Assembly (NCBI GenBank): GCA_023205875.1
Contig: CP060754.1
Coordinates: forward strand, 620,001 to 684,000
DNA: 64,000 nt
Direction of reading: 5' to 3'
Origin: Chloropicon primus
Taxonomy: Eukaryota
Shown here: positions 26,594 through 38,474 of the stretch, piece by piece
Numbering within the stretch: the first letter of the stretch is position 1
Layout: every line of letters starts with the position of its first letter
Program-made: the position numbers and the translations under genes
Notes under the pieces: generated by a model
Database searches by the model: none
Seen by the model: the letters and a program-made list of their open reading frames with translations, nothing else
Told to the model about the DNA's origin: nothing

Positions 26594-29500
26594 ATGGAGA
26601 GGTCAGTTACGAGGACGGAGTGGGTGAGTCTTACGGGGGCGAGTGATCCGGACTCCCCGTTCTGGACGCAGGATAAGGATGGCTGGGAGGATCCGGTGGG
26701 GCAGGAGGTGGTCTTGTTCCTCCAGGGTTTCGAGGAAGTCGCAAAGAGCTTGGACTTGGCACCTCCCTCGACTTTGAGGTGGACCAGCTTCAGGGCGCGC
26801 AGGGCATCGGAGTGCGGGCTCTCGGGCAGGGGAATAAGGGTGGAGAGCACGGCACAATGCGTCGTCAAGGAATGCTGGTACCTCGTGAGAGAAAGGGGCG
26901 AAGAGGAGGGTCGGGAAGTGCCGGTCGGTCCCGCCGAGCCAACTGAAGATGAGCAAGCCAGAGAGCAAGCCGTTGTGGCGGAAGCTGCTGCACTGCTCGA
27001 GGGTTTGGTGGGAGTTCCTAATCCAACTGCCCCGCCCGCCGCCGAAGGAGCCCACACCGCCGAACAAGCTGCCGCGGAGGCCACGGCACTGATCCAAGGG
27101 CTGGGGGCACCTGCTCCGCCAGATGAAGCCCCTGCCGAAGGAGCCCACACCGCCGAACAAGCTGCCGCGGAGGCCACGGCACTGATCCAAGGGCTGGGGG
27201 CGCCTGCTCCGCCAGATGAAGCCGCTGCCCAAGGAGCTGGGGAGCCCCCAAACCCTGCAGAGCAAGCGGAGGCGCCCGAAGCGGGTGCCGGGGTCCATGA
27301 TGATGAGGCCCAGGAGGCAAACGTTAAGGGGGAACCATTCCTGCGGCTCAAACTGAGGAGGCTGACCGTGGACGGCAAAGGAAGCGAATTTTTCCTGGAC
27401 TATCACGTCAACAGCAAGCACGTGGACTGCGGAGAGTATGTGGTCAAAAGATCGAGATACGACCGCGCGATGCGGAAAAGGCTAAAGATCGGTGACAGGG
27501 TAAAAATGTTTTGGAGGGATCCCGTTCAGATTGACATGGGAAACTGGTTCAAGGGCACGGTGCAGAGTACGCACAGATCGGCAAGCTCGTATTCTGACCA
27601 CCTGCTGAAAGACTCAAAGTGGGAGAGCTTGGAAGTCTTGTGGGAGCTTTCGTCCCATTCCCGCGAGCTCTCCCGCGTGAGCCCGTGGGAGATAGAGCTC
27701 CTGCCAAAGTACGACGAGGAAGGGAAGCTTGTGGGAGGGAACAAGGAGGTCGCGTTTAATCCCAGGGAGTATCTTGACCAGGAGTGGATGCCCAAGCACC
27801 GGAACAAGAGGATGAGATTCGCGGCCCCGAACATCCCGGACACCATGGCCAAGGGGCACAACACAAAAACCTTCAACTGGAGTTCCGCGCTGTGCCATGT
27901 CTGCAAGCAGCCAGATAACCTCGTCAAGTGCGGAGGTCAGTGCCTCCGCAGCTTCCACGCGCATTGCATTCCTGACGAGGATGTGGGATCTTCTTCCAGC
28001 AGCAGCACCTGGTTCTGCAGGGACTGCAGAGAAGGCAATGCTTTTTGTGCTATCTGCAACAAAAGCGGCAAGGCTGGTGTGGATGTCCACAAGTGCAGGA
28101 TGGGAGGTTGCGGAAGCTTTTACCATCTCGAGTGTCTGAAGGAGCTCCCCGCGTGGTCTGTCGGCTGGGGCCAGAAGAACGAGAGGAACGAGGGGTCAGC
28201 GGAGCGTCACATCGAACTCTTCCAGAAGGGAGCAGAGCAGAAAGCGGTGTTTGTCTGCCCAGGGCACTTCTGTCACGAGTGCCACCTGAGTGGCGATGCG
28301 CTCAGAATTCTCAGGTGCTCCAATTGCAACATGCACGCGTACCATGCGTCCCACGTCCGGTGGGATCACTGCGTCAAGGTGGCTTCGGAGAAGAACCTAA
28401 TATGCCCCTATTGCACCTACAATGCCTTTCACCCGGAGGGGGCGAGTGCAATGCCACCCTTGCTGACGTACACGCCGACGTTTGAGCCAGGAAGTGTGGT
28501 TGGGAGGGTGAAGAAGATCAGCGGCCAAGCAGCCGAGCTTTTTCTTGTTGGCAAGAAGAGGTTTCTGTTCGGGTCACACACCAAGGGCGGAGGTTGCGAC
28601 TTCGTCTTGAACCTCAAGGGAGTCAAGTTTCACTCGGAAATTGTCGCCGAGAGTCCTGGCAAGTATTACATCAGGTGCAACGCCGGGGGATCAAAGTGCA
28701 AAGCGCCTCTTGTCCTGAACCACGTCGTCATCACCGGCGGAGAGAGGGTCTACCTGAAGGACGGGGATGATTTCGACATCGGAAGCAACAAGTTCGTGTT
28801 TGAAATCTTGAAGCCAGGTGACGAGAGCATTCCGGGGGACAAGAATATGAGGCTGAAGTTTCCAGACGAGATCTCGCTCGAGAGGGCGAAAGCGACTCCG
28901 TCGCACGCGGAGGACCAGCATCACATGAACGCCCTACTCGAGAAGTTCGAGATCTCCAACTACAACTCTGCTTTTTCCAAGCTCAAGAAGGTTCAGCAGA
29001 AGCAAAAGGGAACTCCGAAGGGGCCTGGGCCGCTGCCAGAGTCCTCCACCAAGGCGAAGAGCAACAGATCCCAAAGGGAACGAAAAGCCACCAAGTACTC
29101 GGACATGTGGTATTCGGACGAGGAGGAAATCATCATGGAAGAACCTGACGAGGACGAGGACGAAGATGACACCCAGCTGGACAAGAAGCTCTTCGCCAGC
29201 AATCCCATACTCCCCCCCCCGCTGCCCGACTCGCCGGGGAAGGGGGAGGAGGGGGTGGAGATGGACGACTACCTGGGCCAGGTCAGCATCTTCCAGAGCG
29301 GGGTTTCCGAGACTGCCGAGATCCAGACGCAGACAGAGGCCCGGGCCATGGACACCAGGGGGACTCAGACGGAGGGCCTCTTCGTGGACCCGCCTGCTCC
29401 AAGGCTTGAGGGCACGGCGGTCGTCATCAAGAGGGAACCCTCGAGTGACGAAAACGGGGGCGACGTCGTCATGACAGAGGCACAGCAGCAGGACCAGGAG

Positions 29501-29806
29501 CCCAAGAGGCCTCCCGCGACGATTCCAACCGATGACGCCGTGCAAGAAGGCGTGGATGGCGGTGATATCCACTCCATGATCGAGAAGAAGCGGCTTCATA
29601 TCCTGGAGCTCGAACGCCAGAAAATTCTGGTGCAAGTGAACATGAAACCAGACTTGAGGAAACTGGAGGACTGGGTTGAGAAGAACGGCGGCGAGGAGGC
29701 GATGGCCTCGTCAAAGCTGGACGAGGCCATCTCAAAATTGGATGACGTCCACTGCGGTTTCTCCAAAGAGGCTCTCATCAGGTGGCTGATGCTAAAAAAC
29801 GCCTAA
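26594..29806 (+). CDS. Chromatin-associated protein: BRWD/ARF-ancillary Tudor-like region, NSD-type PHD fingers, FHA-like domain
   Basis: IGDRVKMFW...WFKGTV...WESLEVLW...RVSPWEIE. CHVC...CLRSFHAHC and further Cys/His fingers. FG...CDFVL...HSEI FHA-like segment. Confidence 0.7.
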   Translation: MERSVTRTEWVSLTGASDPDSPFWTQDKDGWEDPVGQEVVLFLQGFEEVAKSLDLAPPSTLRWTSFRARRASECGLSGRGIRVESTAQCVVKECWYLVRERGEEEGREVPVGPAEPTEDEQAREQAVVAEAAALLEGLVGVPNPTAPPAAEGAHTAEQAAAEATALIQGLGAPAPPDEAPAEGAHTAEQAAAEATALIQGLGAPAPPDEAAAQGAGEPPNPAEQAEAPEAGAGVHDDEAQEANVKGEPFLRLKLRRLTVDGKGSEFFLDYHVNSKHVDCGEYVVKRSRYDRAMRKRLKIGDRVKMFWRDPVQIDMGNWFKGTVQSTHRSASSYSDHLLKDSKWESLEVLWELSSHSRELSRVSPWEIELLPKYDEEGKLVGGNKEVAFNPREYLDQEWMPKHRNKRMRFAAPNIPDTMAKGHNTKTFNWSSALCHVCKQPDNLVKCGGQCLRSFHAHCIPDEDVGSSSSSSTWFCRDCREGNAFCAICNKSGKAGVDVHKCRMGGCGSFYHLECLKELPAWSVGWGQKNERNEGSAERHIELFQKGAEQKAVFVCPGHFCHECHLSGDALRILRCSNCNMHAYHASHVRWDHCVKVASEKNLICPYCTYNAFHPEGASAMPPLLTYTPTFEPGSVVGRVKKISGQAAELFLVGKKRFLFGSHTKGGGCDFVLNLKGVKFHSEIVAESPGKYYIRCNAGGSKCKAPLVLNHVVITGGERVYLKDGDDFDIGSNKFVFEILKPGDESIPGDKNMRLKFPDEISLERAKATPSHAEDQHHMNALLEKFEISNYNSAFSKLKKVQQKQKGTPKGPGPLPESSTKAKSNRSQRERKATKYSDMWYSDEEEIIMEEPDEDEDEDDTQLDKKLFASNPILPPPLPDSPGKGEEGVEMDDYLGQVSIFQSGVSETAEIQTQTEARAMDTRGTQTEGLFVDPPAPRLEGTAVVIKREPSSDENGGDVVMTEAQQQDQEPKRPPATIPTDDAVQEGVDGGDIHSMIEKKRLHILELERQKILVQVNMKPDLRKLEDWVEKNGGEEAMASSKLDEAISKLDDVHCGFSKEALIRWLMLKNA
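27041..27226 (+). repeat. 93-nt in-frame tandem duplication
   Basis: AEGAHTAEQAAAEATALIQGLGAPAPPDEA x2, units start at 27041 and 27134. Confidence 0.9.
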
Positions 29807-29858
29807 TTTTTTTTTTAACTTTCTAGGAGATCTCCATCATCTCCTTATCCACAAAAAA

Positions 29859-30944
29859 ATGGTCGTGGCGCTGGGCACCACGACCAGAGCCCCAGCGGGG
29901 AAGGTCCCTAGCAAGAGGTTCCCCGGCGCAACCCGGCGGGTTCGCACTCGCTGCGGGGTGGCGCCTGGGAAGCAGGACGGCTGTACGGCGAGTCGACGGG
30001 ATGCGCTTCGCCTTGGAGCCCTCCTCGCTGCACTTTCCCAAATTGGGTCCCAAGCAGCTTGCGGGAAGGACGCGGCCACGGCCGTCGCGCAGGTTGAAGC
30101 TGAGGCGAACTCGGTGCTGCGGGCGGCAACAAGCAAGGAAGTCGCCGCAATCGCGGACGGGCTCAGCGTGGTCAACAAGGGCAAGGCGCCGGCGCTGCTG
30201 AGACTCGTGTTCCACGATGCGGGTACTTACGAAAGGAGCACCGGCCGGGGCGGGTCGAACGGGTCGGTGAGGTTCGAGCTCGATCGGCCGGAAAGCCGCG
30301 GACTGAAGCGCGGCTTGAACGTCGTCGAGGCCGTCAAGAAGAGGATTCGGGCCAAAAGCAAGGTGGACCTGTCCTACGCGGACCTGATTGTTGTTCTGGG
30401 GGCCTGGGCTGTCAAAGCGTGCGGGGGGCCTGAGATAGAGGTGCTGCTGGGAAGGAGGGACTCCAGCGTGGCGGACGCGGAGAACATGATTCCGGACGAG
30501 AACTTGCCCGTCGTAGGCATCAAGGATGCATTTTCGAGGATGGGCCTCGACACGAGAGACCTCGTTGCCCTCTCGGGCTCTCACGCCCTGGGAGGGAAAG
30601 GATTCGGTGACCCGCTGACTTTTGACAATGAGTATTACAAGACCATCCTCAAGAAACCGTGGCTGAACAAGAAGGATGAGATGGCACAGATGATCGGCAT
30701 CCCCTCCGACCGCGTGTTACCAGGTAAGCCGTGTCCTCGGACTTTGGAAACTGGTTCGCCCTTTGTCTGACTCCGTGGAAATCCTCTTCGTCCCCCACCA
30801 CCACCACCACGCGCACGCGCAGATGACCCGGAATGCAGGAAGATCGTAAAAGAGTTCGCAGACGACGAGCAAAAATTCTTTCAGCAGTTTACGGAGAGTT
30901 ACTCCAAAATGGCGACACTCGGATACAAGCTTGGGGGGGCTTGA
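29859..30944 (+). CDS. Ascorbate peroxidase-related heme peroxidase (APX6/APX-R type), exons 29859-30723, 30823-30944
   Basis: LLRLVFHDAGT, GGSNGS, LSGSHALGGKGFGDPLTFDNEYY. Transit-peptide-like N-terminus. Confidence 0.85.
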
Positions 30945-30960
30945 AAAGGGCTTTCCTCTT

Positions 30961-32964
30961 TCACCCCTCGATGACAGAAATGCACAACGCCCCCTCATCG
31001 GCATTCGCCGTCGCTGTGGTCTCTCCAAGAAGTCTTTTGCGCGGGGCATTCTGGACGGACCTGTAAAATAGCACCCACAAGTCTTGACCTACGAGACTTG
31101 AGAGGTGTGCCGTTCTCCCAGAACGAGCAGACCTCTTGTAATGCACTGGTTCCATCTGAATGATCTTCCGCAGGGCAGGGGCATCTACGGAAGCCAGCAC
31201 AAGGCCATGGTCCGTCTCTACTTCCACGTGGCCCGAGTAGCCCAGAACCACGTCGTCAGCTGAGCAGTCCGTTCTGCAAAAGCTGCACTCGAAAAGCCCT
31301 CCAGATTTGTTTGGTGTCTCTGGCGTCTGGGTGACGGCCGCGGTGCTGGCGGTACAGCATTCCATGTCATTCTCGTCGTCAAAAAAGTCTATCACGACGT
31401 TTTGAACCCTCCTTAAGCACTGCTTGTGGAGTGTCCTCACGGCCACGTTCTTGAACCCGCGCAGGGTGACCTTGTTTGACTTCCGCAAGACCCCACTGCT
31501 GATGCTGCAAGGTGAGCTTTCCTCGGGGACCTCGAAGGTTGTGTGCAACCTAGAGTACATGCCGCTCAGGTTAAACAGCGTGTTCCCATTGGTATTCGCC
31601 CATGTGCACACCACGTGGGAAGAATCCTTCGCGTTCTTGGTGGTGACGCCAGTCAGAGCGATCATGTGCCCTTGCTCTACCAGGCCAGCGTTCCACCTTC
31701 CCCTGAACCCAACTTCGACGGCTGCAGAGCCGTGCTCGTCCTTCAACCCAATTTCGTAGCAAGTGTACTCGCTCGGAAAGTGCTGGCTCTTTTCTACTCC
31801 TCTGACCTGAGTTACAACCCCGATCACTGTTGCTGCGTCTCTGCAACCGCTTGCGATCTTCTCGAGTGTCACGAGTTCCGGACCACATTTGGTCGCGGAA
31901 ATCGACCCACCACTCTTTGTGCCCTTCACCTTGTAAAAAAGAGATCCCCTCGAGCACTTAACCTTGGCTCTGCCCCCTGAATCGCTCCCGTGCTGCACGA
32001 CGGAGCTCTTCCCCACCCCGGGAAGCTCCAAGACCACGTGGTCCCCGCTCTCAAACAGATCTGGAATGGCGCCGTGACACCCGTGCAGATCCAGCTCGGC
32101 CTCCCCCGCTGGAATTGTGGCCTCATTCGAAGTCGAAACCTCCACCGTGACGCTACTGGCCCCTACTTTCGACACCCTACCGCTCACTACAACGCGGCCT
32201 CCCAAGGACCCTGTCGCTGCTTGCTCGAAGTGGATTCCGCCTTCCCCTAGGCTCACCGCCACGCCCAAGCACTCGGCCAGGTACCTGGCATCCTCCTCCC
32301 TTCCAGCTTCGACGAACACGACGACGCTCTCTGTGGGCGACAGGAAGGACTCCTTGCCGACTGTCAGGGCCTTGCACCCCCCAAGGGTCAACAAGCGCCC
32401 CTCGTCCAGAAGTCTGTTGGGCCTCTGCAGTCTCTCCTTCAGGGCAAGAGGGAGGATGAGCCGCACACCCCGGCCCCCTCCGTCCCCTTCCCCCTCCTCC
32501 TCTGGCACGGACCCCTCATCCGATTCGCCGAGGCCCCGCTTCGCCCCCCGCAACTCGATGCACTCGGGCAGCACGCCGCCCTCGTTGCAGTCACCAGCTT
32601 TTGCGTCTTCCACCGTCACGTACCCATAAAACGTGGAGTCCGACGGGCAGCTCTTCTTCAGGGCCACTTCAACGGGGAGACTCCGCTTCCCACCGACTTC
32701 GGTGCCTCCCTCCTTCCCGCCTCCAAGCCACGACAGCTGGAGCTCCGTCAAGAGCACGGGCTGCGTCACGCCTCCCGTGTAGAGGGCGAGCCTCCGAAGG
32801 ACCTGCGTCGCCGTCCAACCGAGCGTCGGTTTCCGCCCCTTTCGGGACACTCCGCCCAAGTAATCCAATAGCTTGGAATGGAGGGCCTCGAACTTGCGGG
32901 CAAGCTCCCCGCACGCGAGCAAGTCATCCACCTCGAGGCCACCATCAGACGACCTGCCCCCCAT
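30961..32964 (-). CDS. OB-fold nucleic-acid-binding protein with C-terminal Zn ribbon (Cdc24-OB-like)
   Basis: LTLGGC...LSPTESVVVFV segment. HKQC...CSFC zinc motif. Family call from memory only. Confidence 0.55.
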   Translation of the reverse strand: MGGRSSDGGLEVDDLLACGELARKFEALHSKLLDYLGGVSRKGRKPTLGWTATQVLRRLALYTGGVTQPVLLTELQLSWLGGGKEGGTEVGGKRSLPVEVALKKSCPSDSTFYGYVTVEDAKAGDCNEGGVLPECIELRGAKRGLGESDEGSVPEEEGEGDGGGRGVRLILPLALKERLQRPNRLLDEGRLLTLGGCKALTVGKESFLSPTESVVVFVEAGREEDARYLAECLGVAVSLGEGGIHFEQAATGSLGGRVVVSGRVSKVGASSVTVEVSTSNEATIPAGEAELDLHGCHGAIPDLFESGDHVVLELPGVGKSSVVQHGSDSGGRAKVKCSRGSLFYKVKGTKSGGSISATKCGPELVTLEKIASGCRDAATVIGVVTQVRGVEKSQHFPSEYTCYEIGLKDEHGSAAVEVGFRGRWNAGLVEQGHMIALTGVTTKNAKDSSHVVCTWANTNGNTLFNLSGMYSRLHTTFEVPEESSPCSISSGVLRKSNKVTLRGFKNVAVRTLHKQCLRRVQNVVIDFFDDENDMECCTASTAAVTQTPETPNKSGGLFECSFCRTDCSADDVVLGYSGHVEVETDHGLVLASVDAPALRKIIQMEPVHYKRSARSGRTAHLSSLVGQDLWVLFYRSVQNAPRKRLLGETTATANADEGALCISVIEG

Positions 32965-33054
32965 GATGGTCTGTTCTGTCCTTTCTGAGCTTTGGAAAAT
33001 GGCGCGAGGACAGAGGGAGAGAGAGAGATCCTTGTTACAATTGAGCTGGGTTTG

Positions 33055-33987
33055 TTATGGTGGGCTTGAAGTTTTCTTTACAGGATACAGAGGGGGCCGG
33101 TCGTTGAGCTTCCAGATCGAAAACACGAGAAAAGAAGCGGTCACGATCCAGACTGCCGAGGGTGCCAACACGAGACCTGCCTTCCGCGAGACCGTGAAGT
33201 AAGCGTAGTCCGCGAGGCACACTGTGGCGACAACGAAAACCATGGTGAGCGTCGCAACACCGTACAGCTTGTCGACGTTATTGATAGAGTTCCAGGTGTC
33301 ACCGACACAGAGGTGGCCGAGGAAGATCATGATGGGTCCGACCAAGAACTTCCCGCCCAGGGCGTTCCAAACGATGAGCGACGACGCGGCTCTCAGGATC
33401 CCGATGGTCGTCCAGATTATTGGGAAGGCGATAGGAGGCGGGCACCAGCTCGGCCTCTTCCTCTCCTGGATTTCCTTGGTTTCCGAACTCAGCGTCGGCC
33501 TGCTGTTGTCCAAGGGCGAGAATACTCTGCTCCTGAATGCCATGAAAAGGAAGAAGAGGAAAACTGTCGTGCTCTTCACCCGCCCCGGCAGCGCAGCCCC
33601 GCCCAGTCCAAGCAGGTTTATCTTCGCCAGAGCATCCCAATGTAGCCTACAGAAAACAAAATCCAACGCCTTCAGCGCGCAAGAGATCAACCCAAACTGC
33701 ACCAAAGTGGCGTAGATGTACCCCCACGCCTGCCCCCAATCGACGTCGTCCGGGAGACCTCGAGGTCTCACCGCGGAGGCTCTCCGAAGCCTGGAGAAGG
33801 CCAGTGGGCTGAGAATTGGCTTCCACGCCTTCATCCGCCTCACCGTCGCCACCCCTGCAACCGTGCCCACATCGCTTCCCCCTCGAACCGCGTAACCGGA
33901 ACCAGAGGTCCTTTGGACCGCCCCAAACCTTCGAGCCACAACGCCGACCGGCGCTGCCGTCGCCGCGACCGTCCACCCGCACCTCAT
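33055..33987 (-). CDS. TspO/MBR tryptophan-rich sensory protein
   Basis: RPSWCPPPIAFPIIWT, GDTWNSI, AGLVLAPSAVW, IWKLN. Confidence 0.85.
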   Translation of the reverse strand: MRCGWTVAATAAPVGVVARRFGAVQRTSGSGYAVRGGSDVGTVAGVATVRRMKAWKPILSPLAFSRLRRASAVRPRGLPDDVDWGQAWGYIYATLVQFGLISCALKALDFVFCRLHWDALAKINLLGLGGAALPGRVKSTTVFLFFLFMAFRSRVFSPLDNSRPTLSSETKEIQERKRPSWCPPPIAFPIIWTTIGILRAASSLIVWNALGGKFLVGPIMIFLGHLCVGDTWNSINNVDKLYGVATLTMVFVVATVCLADYAYFTVSRKAGLVLAPSAVWIVTASFLVFSIWKLNDRPPLYPVKKTSSPP

Positions 33988-34320
33988 CAAGCCAGCCGTC
34001 TGCAGCTGCCGTCTCCTCACTCTGCGCTCACTCAACCTCCCTGCTGAGGCTTCTCCGCCAAGCGTGGGAATTCACGGACAGCTTATATTGGGGTCCTTTG
34101 GGGACTCTCGAGTTGGGTGGTGTGAGTGCGGGAAACGAAGCGCTGACGACAATAAAATGTTGGAAAGGAGGCGTTGACGGTTGGGTGGTGCGAGAGTGAG
34201 ACGGTTTCGGGGAATTTCCTCCCCTTTCTTGGATGTTCTCCCAGCCAAAGGAGTGATGTCGCAAACGTCGTTGAAGGACACGTAGAGCTCGGTCAAGTTT
34301 GGTGAAACTGAGGGGAGAAG

Positions 34321-35579
34321 ATGGGTGAGGACTCGGGCAGGGAGGACCTCAACCCGCTCTTGCCGAACGCTTACTGGTCGTGGGACCATGGAACGAGGTG
34401 AGTCGAAAGCTAGGTCTTTTCGTCTTTTTTCCTTCCTCCCCTCTCGCGCGTCTGTGGGAAAGAAAGGTTTTGCTGACAGCATAATCCCTTTGCAGGGACT
34501 ACCTTCGAATCTCGTTGCACCTCGTCATAGTGACCTGGGTGATCCTGCTGTCCTACTGGTTCTGGAATGTCTTCCTGCGGAAGGGGCAGGTGTTCTTTTC
34601 CGACGAGGTGCCGACGGGAGGGAGAATATCTGCCCCTTCCAAGGTCCAAAGATGCATCACTTTGTTGCCTCTCGTCAAGCTCTTCAGTTGCATCTGCCTC
34701 GCTTCGGCGGTGGGGAGGTACGACTACTGGAAAAATTGCAACCCCACCCTCTCTGTCTTGGTGATGCTGGGCAGCGTGCTGGGGGAAATTGTTGTTCACG
34801 CCATCCTCCTTCGGGTCTCTTACGCTTGGTGCATTCTCGAGAACGAAATTACTGTGAAGCAAAGGCAGAGGTTCAACATGCTTCTAACCCTGCTTTTCGT
34901 GTCCACGGCGGGTTACCACTTCGGGGTCCCATTCCTCTTCACCACCCTCGTCATGGTCTACTGCACGATCCTCACCCTCGAGTTCCACAGCATAGTGTTG
35001 AACCATAGAAAGCTGAGGGAAGCGCTTGGGGAGCAGCTTTCCCTGGCAGCGAGGCGGGGAACAAACGACGTGGCCTCCGCCCTGATCGAGCAGATGAAGG
35101 TGCAGATGAATCTCCTGATTAGCATCCACCGGATGCTCGTGGTGTACTTGACCGCTCAGATCATGATCAATGGCCCGCTCTACCTGTTCATCGGCAGGCA
35201 GGTGGCCGTCTGCATCGCGAGACACGTGATGGATCTCGGCATCTTCACCTACTTCTTGACCTTTTTCAGCGAGTGCCACGTGAACGTGTTTCCCTACGTG
35301 GCGCTGCCCAGGAACCAGCTGGAGTCTGGACGAGACACGAGAAGACGGGAGAACTTGAGCCAGCCGGAGGTTTGGATCTACTATACGAAAGACGTCGTGA
35401 AATCCATCCAACAACTGACGAACGGGGACTTGAGTTTGGGGAGGGCAGTGGGGGGAGAGTCAGAGCGCGAGAGAGAGGAAGTCGACAAGTTTCCCTTGAG
35501 CCTGGTGTCCCATCCCTCCGCCTTCCAGTACCACTATGATGTAAACCACGAGACCAGCGAAGAAGACGAACCTGTGTAA
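34321..35579 (+). CDS. Multi-pass (about 7 TM) membrane protein (exons 34321-34397, 34496-35579)
   Basis: In-frame splice. Several hydrophobic helices. TGTAA overlaps the stop codon. Confidence 0.6.
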
Positions 35580-35676
35580 CAGCCCTGTACTATAGAATTC
35601 CCTACCAGCCTTGAAAGAAATGGGCGGTACGTAGCCACTAAAGAGGGTAAAAAACGAATTAAAATACATAACAACC

Positions 35677-37274
35677 TCAACTTGACATCAAGAAGCTCAA
35701 GACGTCCATAAGGCTTACAATGCCCTCTACGCACTTGCTTTCCGGTTCGATGACCACGATGCGCCTCACCCCTGGAAGGGCCAGGGTCTCCAAGACAGTC
35801 CTCAAGGAATCTTGCCTCGTGCAAACGAAGACCCTTGGGGTCGTCTGCTTCACCCTGTAGCCCGGGCCAAGGGCATCGCTCACGGTGGCGTCCTCAAAGG
35901 AGATGGCGCTGTAGTCCGTGCTTGCCAGTTGGATGATGTCGCTGCGCGCATAAATATCGACGAGGGCCCCGCGGTCATTCACGATCGGAAGGGCGCTGAC
36001 GTTTGCCTCCAGCAGCAGGTTCAGAGCATCCGTGAGCTTGGTGGTAGGTCTGATCGTGTGGACCTTGCTAATTCTCTGCATCTTGTCCCCATTCTTGTTG
36101 TCTTTGGAGACCTGCCAGGTGCCGATCGGCAGGCTGTCGAGGGGCCTGGCCAGCAAAGGAAAGGCCACCATCGAGGACTTGAAGTGCCTCGACAAGAAGG
36201 ACAGGATCCCAGAAAGGGAGACGAGGTGCAAGAGCCTCATGTCGTTCTTGTCGTTCTTGTTCTCCTTGCCTCCCATGGCTATGATTGGGATCAAAGAGCA
36301 GTTGCTCTCCAGGCAGATAAGAGCCACGTTCTTCAGGTTCTCCTCGGGCGAGAGCCAAACGAGCTTCTTTAAGGGAGCCTGCGTGGCTTTCCGGGCACGC
36401 CACGTGGCAATGGTGTGGGCCTCGAGCTCCTGGAAGATCTGAGACTTTGTGCTGCTGACCCGTATTTTGTTGATCGCGTCGATGAAATCGCTCGCGCTAA
36501 TCATCCCGCATATCTGCCTCCTGACAGAGTCCCACAGAGGGGCGGCGGGTATTCCCTGCTCGTACAAGGCGTGGAAGGCCGTCTGAATTTTGAGCTGCGT
36601 GTCCAACACTATTACCTTCCCGCTATCTGGCACCAGCTCGTAGGCGGTGTGGGAGCTCAGAAATTCCGCCACCTTCTGCCTGGTGAAGGAGACCTCATCC
36701 CCGATGATAAGCATCGAGGTCTCCTGAGCGGAGCTCGAGGTCTCCATCTCCATGTCCCCGTCGGGCGCGCTCCTCTTGTGCTCCTCCCCCCTGACCTCGT
36801 TCACCTTCGAAGAGTTCGACATGGGGGTGAAGTTGATGGGAACCTGGACATTCTGGGACTCGACAGACTTCACGAAGATCCAATTGTTCACGTTTCCCAT
36901 TGGATCCGGCAGGCAGGCCTGCGCCTCGTCGTGGCGCCATTCCCCGTCCACAATGAATTTGTACTGGTGGTAACCCGGCGGCAAAGACACGACGCAGCTG
37001 TAAAGGCCCGGAGAGCCCTCCACCGTCTGCATGCGGACCGTGTCCACCCACCGCGTGAACGAGCCGCAAAGGAACACCTGGGGAAGGACACCAGAGCTCG
37101 AGGGTCAGAAGCGCCGAAGGAGAAACACGGCGGAGGTGCCAAAGAGAAGAGAGAGAAGAGAGAGAAGAGAGAGGTTTTTTTCTTTCTTCCTTTTCTTACC
37201 TGGTCGCCCCCGTAGCGCCATATGAACCGCGTCGGTATCAGCTGGGGCGCCGCTTGCTGCTGGTGAAGAAACAT
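35677..37274 (-). CDS. SNF4: SnRK1 beta-gamma subunit (CBM48 + CBS), exons 37274-37200, 37077-35677
   Basis: TRFIWRYGG, GSFTRW, GYHQYKFIVDGEW, SGKVIVLD, AAPLWDS, four CBS motifs. Confidence 0.92.
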
Positions 37275-37897
37275 GGTCCCCGCCTCCCGCCTCCGTCACG
37301 ACCTCGCGCACTCCCGCGCCCGAGCGCCCCTCCCGAACACCACCTTTCGAGCTGTGCAGCCCGGGCCCCTTGTTCCTCTTCTCTCCCCCGTTGTTCTCTT
37401 TTTTTCGCCTGTCCCAAGGAGTGGAAGGAAGCCGCAATTCTCAGGGCGGACGCCTCCACACCCAAATGAGCACGCTCCCCCTCGCAAGGACCTCCCCGCG
37501 TCGCTACCGCCCGGCTTGCTTGAGAGTCAGAACGAACCCTCGCCTCTCTCTGTCTTATCTCATCTCCGGGGGAGAAGGTTGAGGAACATGAATCCGTGGT
37601 TGGGGAGAAGAGGAAGAGGAAGACATGAAAGCTAGTTACTCGGACGACGTGGGCGGACCAGGGGGGCGCTGGTTCACCTCGCGAGCGAGCAAAGTCCTTG
37701 CCCTCGAAAAGGTCCAGGTTTTATGGGAAAGCAGCAGTAGCCCAACAAAACTAACGGAATTAAAATATAATACACTTTTCGGCAGCCACAGCTCGAGCTG
37801 TGGACTCCAGAGCCTTCGATGATGATGATGTTGGTGTTTCGCAATGCACCGAGAGGAAAAAGGCTGAGAGGTCGCCCTTCGACCCACACCTACCCGA

Positions 37898-38474
37898 TCA
37901 CTCGTCTCTTTCCTCCTTGAAGTTGTATTCCTCAATGAGCTCCAGGTTGTCCACCAGGTGGTGGTACTTGTCGCAGTGCGAGCACTGGACGAAGATCGTC
38001 CCCTTGGCGAGGGCGTGAGGGTTGACCTCCCTAATCGTCCTTCCTCCTGCGGGGCGCGAAGGTGTTCGTTCAGAGAGACGAGCAGACAGAGACGCAGGCA
38101 GGCCAGAGTTTAGCTTCAGCACTTTGGGCAAACCGCCGCTCGACGATCCTTCGCGACGGGGTCGCTTTTCCAGACTTACCGCACCTGTCGCAGGTGAACG
38201 CTACCCTGGCGGTCCGCCTGGGGGAACCCGAGCCGGGCTCGAGCGTCTCGCGCTTGAGCTGCTCGTCCGAACTCCTCGTGGAAGTGAATTTTATCCTCCC
38301 CGAGAAGTCGTCGTCGTCGGCCTGCGTTGCTCGGAGGCCGGCGAGCCGGGAGGGTTGGTTCCGGACTTCGATCCTGGCCCTGACCTTCCCAGGGCTGGGC
38401 ACCAGGCGTCCTCTCGCCTCGCACCGCCCAATCCACCTTCGTCCAGCAGGGCCCCTGCACACCACAGTCCACAT
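37898..38474 (-). CDS. DNL zinc-finger Hsp70 escort protein (HEP/Tim15 family), exons 38474-38180, 38046-37898
   Basis: FTCDRCG...VNPHA...GTIFVQCSHC...HHLVDNL. Confidence 0.88.

Noticed and set aside
37818..37870. Possible C/D box snoRNA (ATGATGA...CTGA)
   Set aside because: Too short, the C box is part of a (GAT)n run, and there is no clear terminal stem.
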